Below, one piece after another: positions 23,851 to 35,941 of a DNA stretch of 64,000 nt. A program made the translations under genes and the position numbers. A model generated the notes under the pieces. That model was not told the origin of the DNA. It did not search any database and saw nothing but the letters and a program-made list of their open reading frames with translations. This stretch comes from Octopus vulgaris (Eukaryota), in the NCBI GenBank assembly GCA_951406725.2, contig OX597819.1, positions 24,800,001 to 24,864,000 on the forward strand, read 5' to 3'. The stretch's first letter is position 1. Each line of letters opens with the position of its first letter.

Positions 23851-24275
23851 GCGGGAGTGGCTGTGTGGTAAGTAGTTGTTTACCAGCCACATGATTCCGG
23901 GTTCAGTCCTACTGCGTGGCACCTTGGGCAAGTGTCTTCTACTATGGCCTCTGGCCGACCAAAGCCTTGTGAGTGGATTTGGTAGACGGAAACTGAAAAG
24001 AAGCCCGTCGTATATATGTATATATATATATTAATATATGTATGCGTGTGTGTGTTTGTGTGTCTGTGTTTGTCCCCCTAGCATTGCTTGACAACCGATG
24101 CTGGTGTGTTTATGACCCCGTTACTTAGCGGTTCGGCAAAAGAGACCGATAGAATAAGTACTGGGCTTACGAAAGAATAAGTCCCGGGGTCGAGTTGCTC
24201 GATTGAAGGCGGTGCTCCAGCATGGCCGCAGTCAAATGACTGAAACAATTAAAAGAAAAAGAAAGAAAGAAAGAA
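23851..24275 (+). mobile_element. SINE family B full-length
   Basis: High identity to other B copies. Confidence 0.92.
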
Positions 24276-24872
24276 ATTAGCCGTCATTTTTGACGGTACG
24301 GAGTCAGCTAGTGTATATATATTAAGTGTAGTGTGTGTTCATGTGCTGCTAGCTACGCTGGTATCAAAAAAGTTAATTCAAAACGCTCTTAAGATTATGA
24401 TTTCATAATAAATAAGTAATATACGTGAAATTCTCATCGAACCATGGCTGCAAATCCCGTCCTTTTGTTACTGTATTTATTTTGAGATGCACTGAGTTTC
24501 TTTCAATTACTTAAAACAAAGGATTTAGTAAAAAAAAACTTAGTTATCATTCAGCTAGTGTTGGGAACATAAATTGTGACTAAGCTTTTGTTAGAAGATT
24601 TTAATTCAGAACTTTTGAAAACAAGATATTTTTATTGAGAGCCAGAGCCGGTTTCAGCCGGGTTGGGAACGAAAGGGTTAAATTACTGATCGTAACAGTT
24701 TTACGTCATACGTAATTGACACTTGAGTGATTGCTTGTAATCTTTATCTGGGCCGAACATCATCAGTGAGCAAATTGTTACTAGTAAGAACCAGGACTCT
24801 GACGCAGTTAGCAGATACGCAGCGTCTGAATAGGGCCCTGAACTGACGCTGCTCTCTCTCTGTTAACACTGG

Positions 24873-25209
<337 letters not shown>

Positions 25210-25616
25210 AAGACAAAATAAGTAAATACATTTTTAGGGCCTCCGTTGGTCATGGCTGACCATGGATGATGTCATCCGTCCGTTGAGTTGTCTACTCAGT
25301 TTTTGCAACGCCTCCTGTGGTTGTAGAGACCGATGCGAGAGTGGCAGTCTCGTTTGCAGAGGTCACAAACCATATTCTTTCGCATCGTCAGGTTGGCAAC
25401 TAATTTGAAGTATTGAAGGTAGATTTAATATTCCTACAAAGCATTCCTTATATGCATGGGAGATTAAACCAAACTTTACCATTCATCTTTTGCAGAGGGT
25501 AAAAAAATAAATTGAAGTAACACAAATAGTTCTAGCAATGGAATATATTTTATGCTATACATAAGAGAAATTCAAATGTTTATTTCGAAATGTGACACAT
25601 GAAACCAGTGTATGCA

Positions 25617-25731
25617 TCAGCCAAAATTGAGAGGATGATCCGGTTTTTGACTGAAGATTAAAGGCTTCCAATGACCAGTCCGTGTTTTTTGAATCGTCTT
25701 CTGGATGTTTTGCGTTCTTGTCCCATTTTGT
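25617..25731 (+). repeat. Dispersed repeat fragment, unclassified (possibly Penelope-type)
   Basis: GAGGATGATCCGG...GGATGTTTTGCGTTCTTGTCCCATTTTGTA; inverted homologue at ~39983-40140. Confidence 0.65.
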
Positions 25732-26127
25732 ATATATATATATATATTTATATACACGAACAAAACGCCACCCACCCCCGTCCAATGGACGGTGCTGAGT
25801 TGTCAAACATTTAAACCAAATTTTCTGAAAACAACTTGTCCGACCGTCCCATAGGCCTCCCCTTTGAGAAACACTGATTTAACCTAAATTTGAGACACCA
25901 GCAAAAGAAGAAATAAAGATAGACTTTCTATTCCAAGAAAAAGGATTTTACAAATGCACGTTCCCGCGGCTTTATCGATCGCATTCCCACCTGTAATTTT
26001 TTCAAGACTTATACACGCCCTGATACCGTCGGTATCTACATGTCAAATTTGAGCGCAGTCGGATGAAGGATGCCCGAGATCCTAGAAGACACACACACAC
26101 AGAGACGGAACGGATTTTATATGATAG

Positions 26128-26128
<1 letters not shown>

Positions 26129-26200
<72 letters not shown>
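26129..26200 (+). repeat. (TG)n microsatellite
   Basis: Directly visible. Confidence 0.97.
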
Positions 26201-26204
<4 letters not shown>

Positions 26205-27071
26205 AGTGTGTGTTTGAGTGTGTGCGCGTGCGTACATACAGGGAAAGACTGACAGTGGCGAAGCTAATGCGAAGCGCAACTCTGAAGTCGTCACTATTAA
26301 CCTTCTGCACACTTAATGTCAGTGAAACTCGCGACATATCTGATCCAGCGGGAAATTTGTGCTTTCAGTATTCTGCAATCAGAGAAGGACGTTGACAGGC
26401 TACGACGCAAGGCACCAGACATGATCGGAATATCAATCAATACGAGAGCATATCCGAAATAAAGTAATTCGAGAAAGCTGATTGAACAATTTACGAATTC
26501 AGGATAGTCAAATACAAAGAGAAACGGGATATGAGGTTTATCTTTGCTTTATTTATTTGCATTTGAATTTCTCTTCTGTATAGCATAAAATATATTCCAT
26601 TGCTAGATGTCTTGCAAACAACTTGCACATGCAAGTGCTACCAGTTAAAAGCTCCGTATATCGGAAGCTAGCAAGTGTATAGGGTCATCAGGAGAGAATG
26701 CGCGCCGTTTTGGGGCTTACCTCTCGACGGCATCAATGCGCACCGGCCCCCCTCACTGATATGAGGCCCCGCTTGCTAGATCAGCTGGTTGTGAAGTTAA
26801 ACTCAATATCCTTCTAGCCATCGCTCATCGTCTCTTTTTAACCAAATCCAGTGGCTAGCCTTCTCCACTGTAGATTGGATATCAGTCATGGTGGTATTGA
26901 CTTTACGATGAGTTAGGCCTAACGATGACAACAGTCAGTTTGGTTTAATCTCATGCACATAAGGAATGCTTTGTAGGAATATTAAATCTACTTCCAATAC
27001 TTCAAATTAGTTGCCAACCTGACGATGCGAAACGAATCACAAAAATTAAACACAATTCCAGCAGGTTAGAA

Positions 27072-27633
27072 ATTCTTTTCTACTCTAGGTACAAGGGCCG
27101 AAATGTTTTGGGAAGGACGCCAGTCGATTACATCGACCCCAGTACGCAACTGATACTTAATTTATCAATTCCGAAAACATGAAAAGCAAAGTCACCTCAG
27201 CGAAATTTGAACTCAGAACGTAGCGACAGACGAAATACCTATTTCTTTACTACCCACAAGGGGCTAAACACAGAGAGGACAAACAAACGGATTAAGTCGA
27301 TTATATTGACTCCAGTGCGTAACTGGTACTTAATTTATCGACTCCGAAAGGATGAAAAGCAAAGTCACCTCAGCGAAATTTGAACTCAAAACGTAGCGGC
27401 AGACGAAATACCTATTTCTTTACTACCCACAAGGGGCTAAACACAGAGAGGACAAACAAACGGATTAAGTCGATTATATTGACCCCAGTGCGTAACTGGT
27501 ACTTAATTTATCGACCCCAAAAGGATGAAAGGCAAAGTCGACCTCGGCGGAATTTGAACTCAGAACGTAACGGCAGACGAAATACGGCTACGCATTTCGC
27601 CCGGCGTGCTAACGTTTCTGCCAGCTCGCCGCC
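27072..27633 (-). mobile_element. SINE family A trimer
   Basis: ~179-bp units joined at the recurrent junction; distal unit has the alternative tail. Confidence 0.9.
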
Positions 27634-27654
27634 TGTCACTGGAATACACAACGC

Positions 27655-27760
27655 GCGAGCTGGCAGAAACGTTAGCACGCCGGGCGAAATGCGTAGCCGT
27701 ATTTCGTCTGCCGTTACGTTCTGAGTTCAAATTCCGCCGAGGTCGACTTTGCCTTTCATC
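27655..27760 (+). mobile_element. 3'-truncated SINE family A, head-to-head with the preceding copy
   Basis: Exact reverse complement of 27524-27629. Confidence 0.92.
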
Positions 27761-28340
27761 TAACAAAATACCGTACACATTTTGTCGGGCGGATGCTCTA
27801 ACAGCCCCGCCAACACACCGTGTTTATTTTCCATCACCTTACAGTTCATCTCGCTATTGGTGATACCAAGTCATCTGCAGACGTTTAATTTAAAACCAAA
27901 ATTTCCTACTCATTTCATTCCTCCTTTATTTATAGATCCAGATTCTTATAACAGATTACGGGTTGCGTGATGACTTCTGTGCAACAGTAGATTTGTACGT
28001 TAAGCCGATAATGCACAGGGGTTGGGGTTTCGGAGCAGCATGTCAATTAAAGTGTTTCTATAACGAATGTTGCGCATACTTATTCTGATCTATTATGTGA
28101 AAAGTGATATATGGCAAAAGCATAAATCTATGGATTACAGTCATTTCGTATTGTATGTTTTCCAAAGTAGTTATACTTAGATGGCTGCAAGCATATACGT
28201 GTGTGTATAAGAGGTTAGTTTTACTACCACATGGTTCCAAATCAGATTCTTTTATTCGGAGACTTGGACAAATGTCTCCTTCATAGATTCGTGTTGGTTA
28301 ATGGCTTAAAATGAAATTTGGCTAACGGAAACTGTGATGG

Positions 28341-28386
<46 letters not shown>

Positions 28387-28554
28387 TTATGTATTGTGTG
28401 TTGGTATGTATGTATGTATCGATATCGTAGAACATTAATTCTCTAACAATCAAGTGATGTAAGAAAATTTGTATAAATATAAAGCGGTAGTTAAAAGAAA
28501 GGCACCACAGAAAACCAGAAGCCCTCTAGCATCCTGATGATGAGGCTGAGTTAA

Positions 28555-28602
<48 letters not shown>

Positions 28603-28867
28603 AACACCTTTTCTTTTAAACATATGTTGAAAATATGACTGTTCTATTTTAATCTTTTAAATATTTCTTTTTTTTCACACCTACTTCCAAGCAAGGAAAA
28701 TAGTTCCTTGTGGCCGAACATGTTTTTACAGAGAACTGGAAATGACCTCACGCGCACACACACCCTTTATACATCTATACAAGCTTCTTTTAAGTTCCAT
28801 CTTCCCTAAATCCACTCTCAAATCTTTGAACGGTGATGTATTGGGAAGTTATTTTATGTATCTGTTA

Positions 28868-29220
28868 TCTTTTACTTGTTTCACTTAGTGGACTATGGCC
28901 GTGCTGGGGCACCGCCTTGAAAGGATTAGTCGAACAAATCGACACTAGTAGATATTTTTTTAGAGTCTGGTACTTATTTTATCGGCTTCTTTTACCGAAC
29001 TGCTATGTTACGGGAACGTAAAAAAAGCCCAACACCAGTTGTCATGAGGTGGAGAGGGACAAGCACACATCTATATATATTCGACAGGCTTCTTTCAGTT
29101 TCCATCTACCGTATCCACTCACAAGGCTTTCTTTCATTACACTGGAAGACACTTGCCCAAGGTACCGGACAGTGGGACCAAACCGAAGGTCACACGGCTG
29201 GAAAGCAAGCTTCTAAATCA
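28868..29220 (-). mobile_element. Diverged SINE family B
   Basis: B tail, body and AAGACACTTGCCCAAGG segment recognisable. Confidence 0.75.
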
Positions 29221-30182
29221 CTCATCCCCTTTCAAAATAGAACAGTTTTTGTTCTCAGTACGAAACGAATGGGATTCGTCTTTTATAACCATTGTCTTCC
29301 CCACCATCTTATCCAGCAGATTGTTATTGTGACTCTTATCATTGTTGTTTATTTTATGGTACCCTTAAACATAATTCCTTGTTTGTGTAATAGGAAGTTT
29401 TCTTTCTTTTCTCGTTTGTAGCTCACAAATCACTTAAAATTTGTTGTTCAAGTATGTTCAAGTATGCAATCACGCACGCGCACACACGCGTATGCTGTTT
29501 TTATGTGTGACTCGGAGGAGGACGAGCAGTACCTGTATTAATTTTCTAAGTCCTCCAAGACCGATGGGAGTGTATGTATGCGTGGGTGATTCTCCTCAAA
29601 CCGGACATCTGACCTTAATACGTACAACTATGTAGACCACACGTAAAGTACTCAAGATCCAAGTAGTGGTGCTAAACTGAGTGACACCATCACCCGCTTT
29701 TTTTTTCTTATTTGTTTCAGTCAATAGGCCACGGCTGGCGTGTCCCCGAATCGCCGCCGCCGCCCGCCTTCCAACGCTCGTAGGTTCGTCCTCTCGCTAT
29801 CGAACTCTTTTTTTTTTTTCCGTTTCCACATTTTCCTCGGCGGGTTTCGTCAAACGTTACTTATTCGTTTTAAGTTTAGCACTTATTCCATTGGGAACGT
29901 AAACAAACCAACGCGTTATCAAGCAGTGGCAGGTGATAGAGCAAAAATAAAACGCGTACATACTTATATATACAACGGGATTCCATGTAGTTTCTTTCTA
30001 CTAAATTCACTCGCAAAACATTGGTTGACCCGGAGCTATAGTAGAAAACACTTGCCCAAGATGCTTCGTGGTAGAACTGAACTTGGAACCTCGTGTTTGC
30101 GAAGCGAACTTTTTAAGCACAACCACATACACTTTTCACTTGTTTCAATCAATGAACTGTGGCCATGCTGGAGCACTGCCTC

Positions 30183-30230
<48 letters not shown>

Positions 30231-31290
30231 TATATATATATATATATAGATAGATAGATAGATGTGAGTGGATGTTATAGTACTTTGAAATTTCCAATTG
30301 AAATAACTAAGATCTTTTCTTAAATTGGAATCGGTTGGGTGTACTGGGAAAAAATCTCAAGTTGAAATTTGAACTCGGATCGTTTTATAATAAGCACTTA
30401 AAAAAATGGTTTCTTAATCGATTCTAATTACGAGCCTTATTGAATTTATGTTAGTTCGTTAATTTCAAATTCGTTTAAAATTGCTTCTGTTTTTAATTGT
30501 ATTCACTGTAATCTTTCGCTCTCAACCACTAATAATGGCTGGCTTGGCCAACAAAAAGTAAAAGAAAAAAACTATGATCAATTTGAAATTTAAAACGTTG
30601 TTGTGAGGGTGGGAGATTTATTCGAAATTTTCAAACCCCTTTATATAATAAAATACTTAATATGTCATTTAAAATATTGTATCTTAAGCCCCGTCCCTTA
30701 CACCTCATCTCCTGGAGGGGCATGTGAGGAATATAAAAGGGTCGGACAAACTGCCATACTTAATAAAATTAATATGGTTTTTAAATTGTCCAAAAACATG
30801 GCAAGGAAGGAAGAATTATACGGATGCAAACTCTGATTCACTTTCTCATTAATGTACGGATGGGATAAGGGCTAAAAAAAATATCCTTAATTTTGGGGGT
30901 GGTAAGGGTTTGGTGGAGAGGGGATACATATCAGTTTTGCGAATCGCTTATTTAAAGCGTTTGAATACACTCAGGGCCGTTTTTCAATTTATTTTACTTT
31001 CTATCTACGCAGTTGTCGAGAGCATGCTTCCAATCCATAGTTCGTATCAACGCCTGTCTCCCTCTCTATGTGATTGATCAACCAAATCTCCCTCACATCA
31101 TACTCTATCGTCTTAAAATGTGAAGGGCATACTAGAAATTGTTCTGGATCAGGCATGGCAGACTTTTTTCGAGAAGCGGGTCTCATAAGACATGATTCTT
31201 CATCTGGCGAGCCGCACTAATAAAAGCAATTTAAGATGATTTTTCGTCTGTGTGCCATTCAGAAGGACCAGCAGGCCGTACTACACCTTA

Positions 31291-31663
31291 TCTCTTCTCT
31301 CTATATATAAACGGCAGTTTGTCTGTGCGTTTTCTGTGTGTCTGTTTGCTTGTACCCTCACCCTGACCATTTCTGATGAAACTTGACACACACATAGCCC
31401 AATGTCATAATTCAAAACTAACGCAGCGAAAATTTTGAAAAGTTCCCCCAGTTCTGAAAAAAATCGATAAATTCGACATGGGGTCGAGAATCAGAAACAC
31501 AAACCACAGACTGTCTAGGGGACGCAACTCCACCTTTTTTAACTAAAAAAAAATTTACCATAATTTTTTTCCATTTTTTTGCTATTTTTTGGCTATAACT
31601 CTCTAAAAATGCTTTATAGTTATTTCCCTTACAAACCTAAGCAACGCCGGGCGATACTGCTAG
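31291..31663 (+). mobile_element. Non-autonomous Helitron (subtype 1)
   Basis: A|TC...hairpin...CTAG|T, no TSD; near-identical inverted copy at 46938-47324. Confidence 0.9.
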
Positions 31664-31903
31664 TTCTAGATACATATAAAGAATAGGATTGTAGTGTTCG
31701 AAACATCGTTGTCTATTCGTATAGTGAGTCAGAAAGGGAAAGCTGCTCAGGGTCTGAGTGATTGCTCAGTCTACCAGAAACAGCAGTGAAGTCCTTGATT
31801 AATGTAAATCTGTTTACATTTCAAAGTATAAATGTTAGAAGCATCGAGAAATATATAAATTATTTAACGGTGTATCTCGAAACGAATAATACCTTGTAAT
31901 ATA

Positions 31904-32297
31904 TCTTTATATATAAAAGTGAGGTTGTGTGCTGTCTGTCTCCTACGATTTAGATTCCTAACTACTCCCACATTTTGCGGTGCAGTTAACCAAAACCAGG
32001 TATCTTATAGTCGTGATTCATATCGAGCCCTTCTGAGTATTAGCGCGCGTCTACGATGAGTCTACGATTTTTAAAAAAAATTACCATAATTTTCCCCATT
32101 TTTAATGCATTTTTGGCATATATAAGGGAAGTAACTCTCTAAAAATTTATTATTAAATCTCAGAACGTAAAAAGCTACAGTAACACCCCTCCTCTGTGGT
32201 TAGCCATATTGAGATGGCTATTATACTTTACATCCCTAAAAATGCTTATATAGTTATTCCCCTTACAAACCCGAGCAACGCCGGGCGATACTGCTAG
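31904..32297 (+). mobile_element. Non-autonomous Helitron (subtype 2)
   Basis: A|TCTTTATATATAAAAGTGA...CCCGAGCAACGCCGGGCGATACTGCTAG|T. Confidence 0.9.
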
Positions 32298-32311
32298 TTA
32301 CATTATACATT

Positions 32312-32528
32312 AAGGCGGCGAGCTGGTAGAATCGTTAGCACGGAGGACGAAACGCTTGGCGGCAATTCGTCCGTCTTTACGTTCTGAGTTCAGATACCGC
32401 CAAGGTTGATTTTGCCTTTCAAACTTTCGGGGTCGATAAAATAAGTACCAGTTGAGCACTGAAGTCGATGTAAACGATTTACCCCTTACCCAAAATTGCT
32501 GACTTTGTGCCAAAATTTGAAACCAATA
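32312..32528 (+). mobile_element. SINE family A, alternative tail
   Basis: A head and body; tail GTGCCAAAATTTGAAACCA. Confidence 0.85.
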
Positions 32529-33553
32529 TATTAGGTTATACATTTGTACGGAAAATGCATGGTTCGCGTCCCGAAAGTAGCTTCCAGCCTTTTTTTTTTC
32601 CCCATCGAAGGTTATTTTTAACCCATTATTATTACAAGCTATCACCTACAGTTGTACTAGTTTCGAGATACGTCGTTAAAATGATTTAACACGATAGTGT
32701 AGCTGTAGGTGTCTCTAAAAAGTTGTGATGGCCTTGATTGGATTACTTTTGATCATAGGCCTATTGAATTTCGGTTAACTTAGGGTTAAACAACAGCAAC
32801 AATATCAACAACGGGCGATGATATTTTTATTGAGGCCAGTGCCTCTTCACGCCTTCTGCTCCCACACCACGTTTGTTTTTATTGCAGTGTGGATTCTTCT
32901 CATACTGCCATAACTTTTATCAGCTAATCAAATTTAGTGGACCAGATCCATATTAATTAACTGTTTTAAGCAGTTTGCCATGCAGTGAATTTCGGGAGGT
33001 TACTCATTCTCCTTTCAAATAATTGAAATCTCTCTCTCTCTCTCTCTCATTACCTTCCTTTTCCACCGTCATCACAATCCCTCCTCTTGTACCCCCACTT
33101 TTTTTTTCGTGAATATTCTTCTGTGAATAAAGCACATCTTATTTATTAAGGGACTTGTATTTGTCGTGAATCACATATTTGATTTGATATAATTAGGGCA
33201 GACATATCTGGTTGGTGGCGTATGTACACACCAAACTGAAAAGGCAAATTTAAGCATTAAAGCAAATGCGCATGCGTACACCATTATCAGCGTGACCAAT
33301 ACCACCATCACCACGACTACTGCTGCTACCAACAAAAAATTAGTGTTGACGAAGATGTATGTAAGCGCTCGCCCGAAACGAATTGTGTTCCTGCCTGAAT
33401 CGTTACATTGCCGGATAGAATGACTTGCAGTATTTGTTTTGGCTGTCTGCGCACTGAGTTCAAATCCCGCCTAGGTCAACTTCGCTTGTCATCCTTTCGG
33501 GAGTCGATTGAAAAAATTGTATCAGTCCACGAGAGTAGATTGGCAGAATTGAT

Positions 33554-33937
33554 GGAAGCACTCCATCGGTTACGACGATGAGGGTTCCGGTTGATCCGAA
33601 TCAACGGGACAGCCTTCTCGTGAAATTAACATGTAAGTGGCTGAGCACTCCACAGACACGTGTACCCTTAACGTAGTTCTCGGGGATATTCAGCGTGACA
33701 CAGAGAGTGACAAGGCCGGCCCTTTGAAATACAGGTACAACAGAAACAGGAAGTAAGAGTGAGAGAAAGTTGTGGTGAAAGAGTACAGCAGGGATCACAA
33801 TCAACCCCTGCCGGAGCCTCGTGGAGCTTTAGGTGTTTTCGCTCAATAGACACTCACAACGCCCGGTCTGGGAATCGAAACCGCGATTCTATGACCGCGA
33901 GTCCGCTGCCCTAACCACTGGGCCATTGCGCCTCTAC
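33554..33937 (-). mobile_element. SINE family C full-length
   Basis: TSD TGGCAGAATTGA on both sides. Confidence 0.93.
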
Positions 33938-34316
33938 TGGCAGAATTGAAGAACGTCGGACACGATGCCATTGCAGTAGTTGTCTCGGTTCTCTATGTTC
34001 TGAGTTTGAACCCCGACATAGTTCACATCGGTGATTGACTTAATCTGTTGCCCAGTATATCGCCATCACCTGATACAATGGGTACCGTCAGCGCAGTCCA
34101 CTCTGTTGCATTCGGGAAAAAGTTTTTAGTTTTAGGATATCTCCCACTCTCCAGTCTTGGAGATCATGTAACTTGACGCTGGGTACTGCGCTCGTTCTTA
34201 CGGTCATCGTAGCCATTCTGTTATTGTTTAGTTCCAGGACTAAATGAACCTATGATCTAAAGTATTCCAACGATGACCTTTCGCATTTTATGTGTATGGA
34301 GCGCTATATCATATGA

Positions 34317-34633
34317 CTAGCAGTATCGCCCGGAGTTGCTCGGGTATGTAAGGGAAATAACTATATAAGCATTTTTAGAGAGTTATAGCCAAAAAGTAGC
34401 AAAAAAAAATGCATTAAAAATGGAAAAAAAATGATGGTAATTTTTTTTTAAATCGTTGACTCATCGTAGACATTTTTAGAGAGTTACTTCCCTTATATAA
34501 TAGCGAAAAAATGCATTAAAATGGGAAAAAATGATGGTAATTTTTTTGGTTAAACTGCACCGCAAAATGTGGGAGTAGTTAGGAATCTAAATCGTAGGAG
34601 ACAGACACACAACTTCACTTTTATATATAAAGA
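34317..34633 (-). mobile_element. Non-autonomous Helitron (subtype 2)
   Basis: Reverse-complement TC...CTAG termini at an AT site; homologous to 31904-32297. Confidence 0.9.
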
Positions 34634-35625
34634 TATGCCCTGTACATTTATATCTTTGTTTGTCCTGTGTATCACATGTGATACACGGGACATGATTTCC
34701 TTGACGTCCATGCATCATATATGATAAATATTCCCAATTTTTTTTCAACCACCAGAGTAACTTAGAACTTACGATAGGAAAACTTTACATTACTCAGAAC
34801 ATATGAAAACAAGGGCTAACTAAAAGTCTGAAAACAAGCTTAGGCATTTAGGAAAAAGCTTACGAAAATGCTTTGGACAGGCAAAGGGTTAAATAAAACA
34901 GAAGATTTAACTGCTATTTCAAATGGTTCGAACAACCAGATGAAAGGTTGGTTCCCTTGTTGGCTTTTGTTGATATTGTTACTATTGTTAATGTTAATAG
35001 GTTTTTATTCTTTGGTACTTACCAGTTAATGAATTCGCCCGTTCCATCTCCAGTAGAGCTAAATAAATGAATGAATGACTGACTGAATGCAATATATAAA
35101 TAAATAAATAAATAAACCAGCATTGTTATTAGATGTAAACGAGCGAGAATATTATAATAAAGGACACATTCAGGTTATTTTCAGGATGATATCCTATTGA
35201 AATATATACAGGTTTGAGCACGAGTATATAACGTTATTTCTTATTTAACGGACCCCTTAGACGCCTTCTATATTTGCTTTAAACAAGCTCTCTCTCTCTC
35301 TCTCTTACACACAAATAACTTTATTTCTGTCAGAGCCAGCCAAGTTTTATGATATTCTTCTTTTTTACTTTTTGGTCTCACTTATTGAATTGTGCCATAG
35401 TTGGTATCGTCTTGAAGGGTTTAGTTAAATCAATCATACATACATACTCCAGTACTTATTTTCGGCCTGGTCCGATATTATGAATAGTAAAGTTGTCTCT
35501 CGGCATTAATGGATGTAACTCGGCGCGCTATTTACTCTGGTACACACACAAGTTTTACAGCCAAACCATTTAGCTGCTTCTTTGAAAACTATTCTAAAAC
35601 AGGGATTCATTTTACACACACACAC

Positions 35626-35667
<42 letters not shown>

Positions 35668-35789
35668 GGAATGTGAACTGACGGTTACCAGAACAAACAA
35701 AAATTACGCTAATACAATTCAGTATTTCTATGATGAGGAATTTTATATGTATTGGTCGGGGTGGTTTTCTCATCTTGGTTATTGCTTTC

Positions 35790-35830
35790 CACTACGTTCC
35801 GGCTGTGTACGCTCCAGCCCTCTTCAGGTG
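35790..35830 (-). ncRNA. Minimal hammerhead-like ribozyme (GAAA mutated to GGAA)
   Basis: CAC CUGAAGA G GGCUG gagcguaca CAGCC GGAAC GUA GUG. Confidence 0.55.
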
Positions 35831-35898
35831 TCTTTTGATTCACCTTAAAGCCTTGCCTGGGATTGAACTTAGAACCTCTAGGCATTACATTAACAAGA

Positions 35899-35941
35899 CA
35901 CCTGAAGAAGGCTGGAGCGTACACAGCTGAAAAACGTAGTG
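35899..35941 (+). ncRNA. Minimal hammerhead-like ribozyme (expanded A run)
   Basis: CAC CUGAAGA A GGCUG gagcguaca CAGCU GAAAAAC GUA GUG. Confidence 0.55.

Larger units (their letters stand above)
25374..27037. repeat. ~100-bp inverted repeat pair (25374-25475 / 26937-27037), possible old TIR element
   Basis: CGCATCGTCAGGTTGGCAACTAATTTGAAGTATTG... and its reverse complement ~1.5 kb away. Confidence 0.8.

Noticed and set aside
28534-28560. CTGATGA hammerhead start (also 24762 minus, 31373)
   Set aside because: No properly placed stem II plus GAAA and cleavage triplet.
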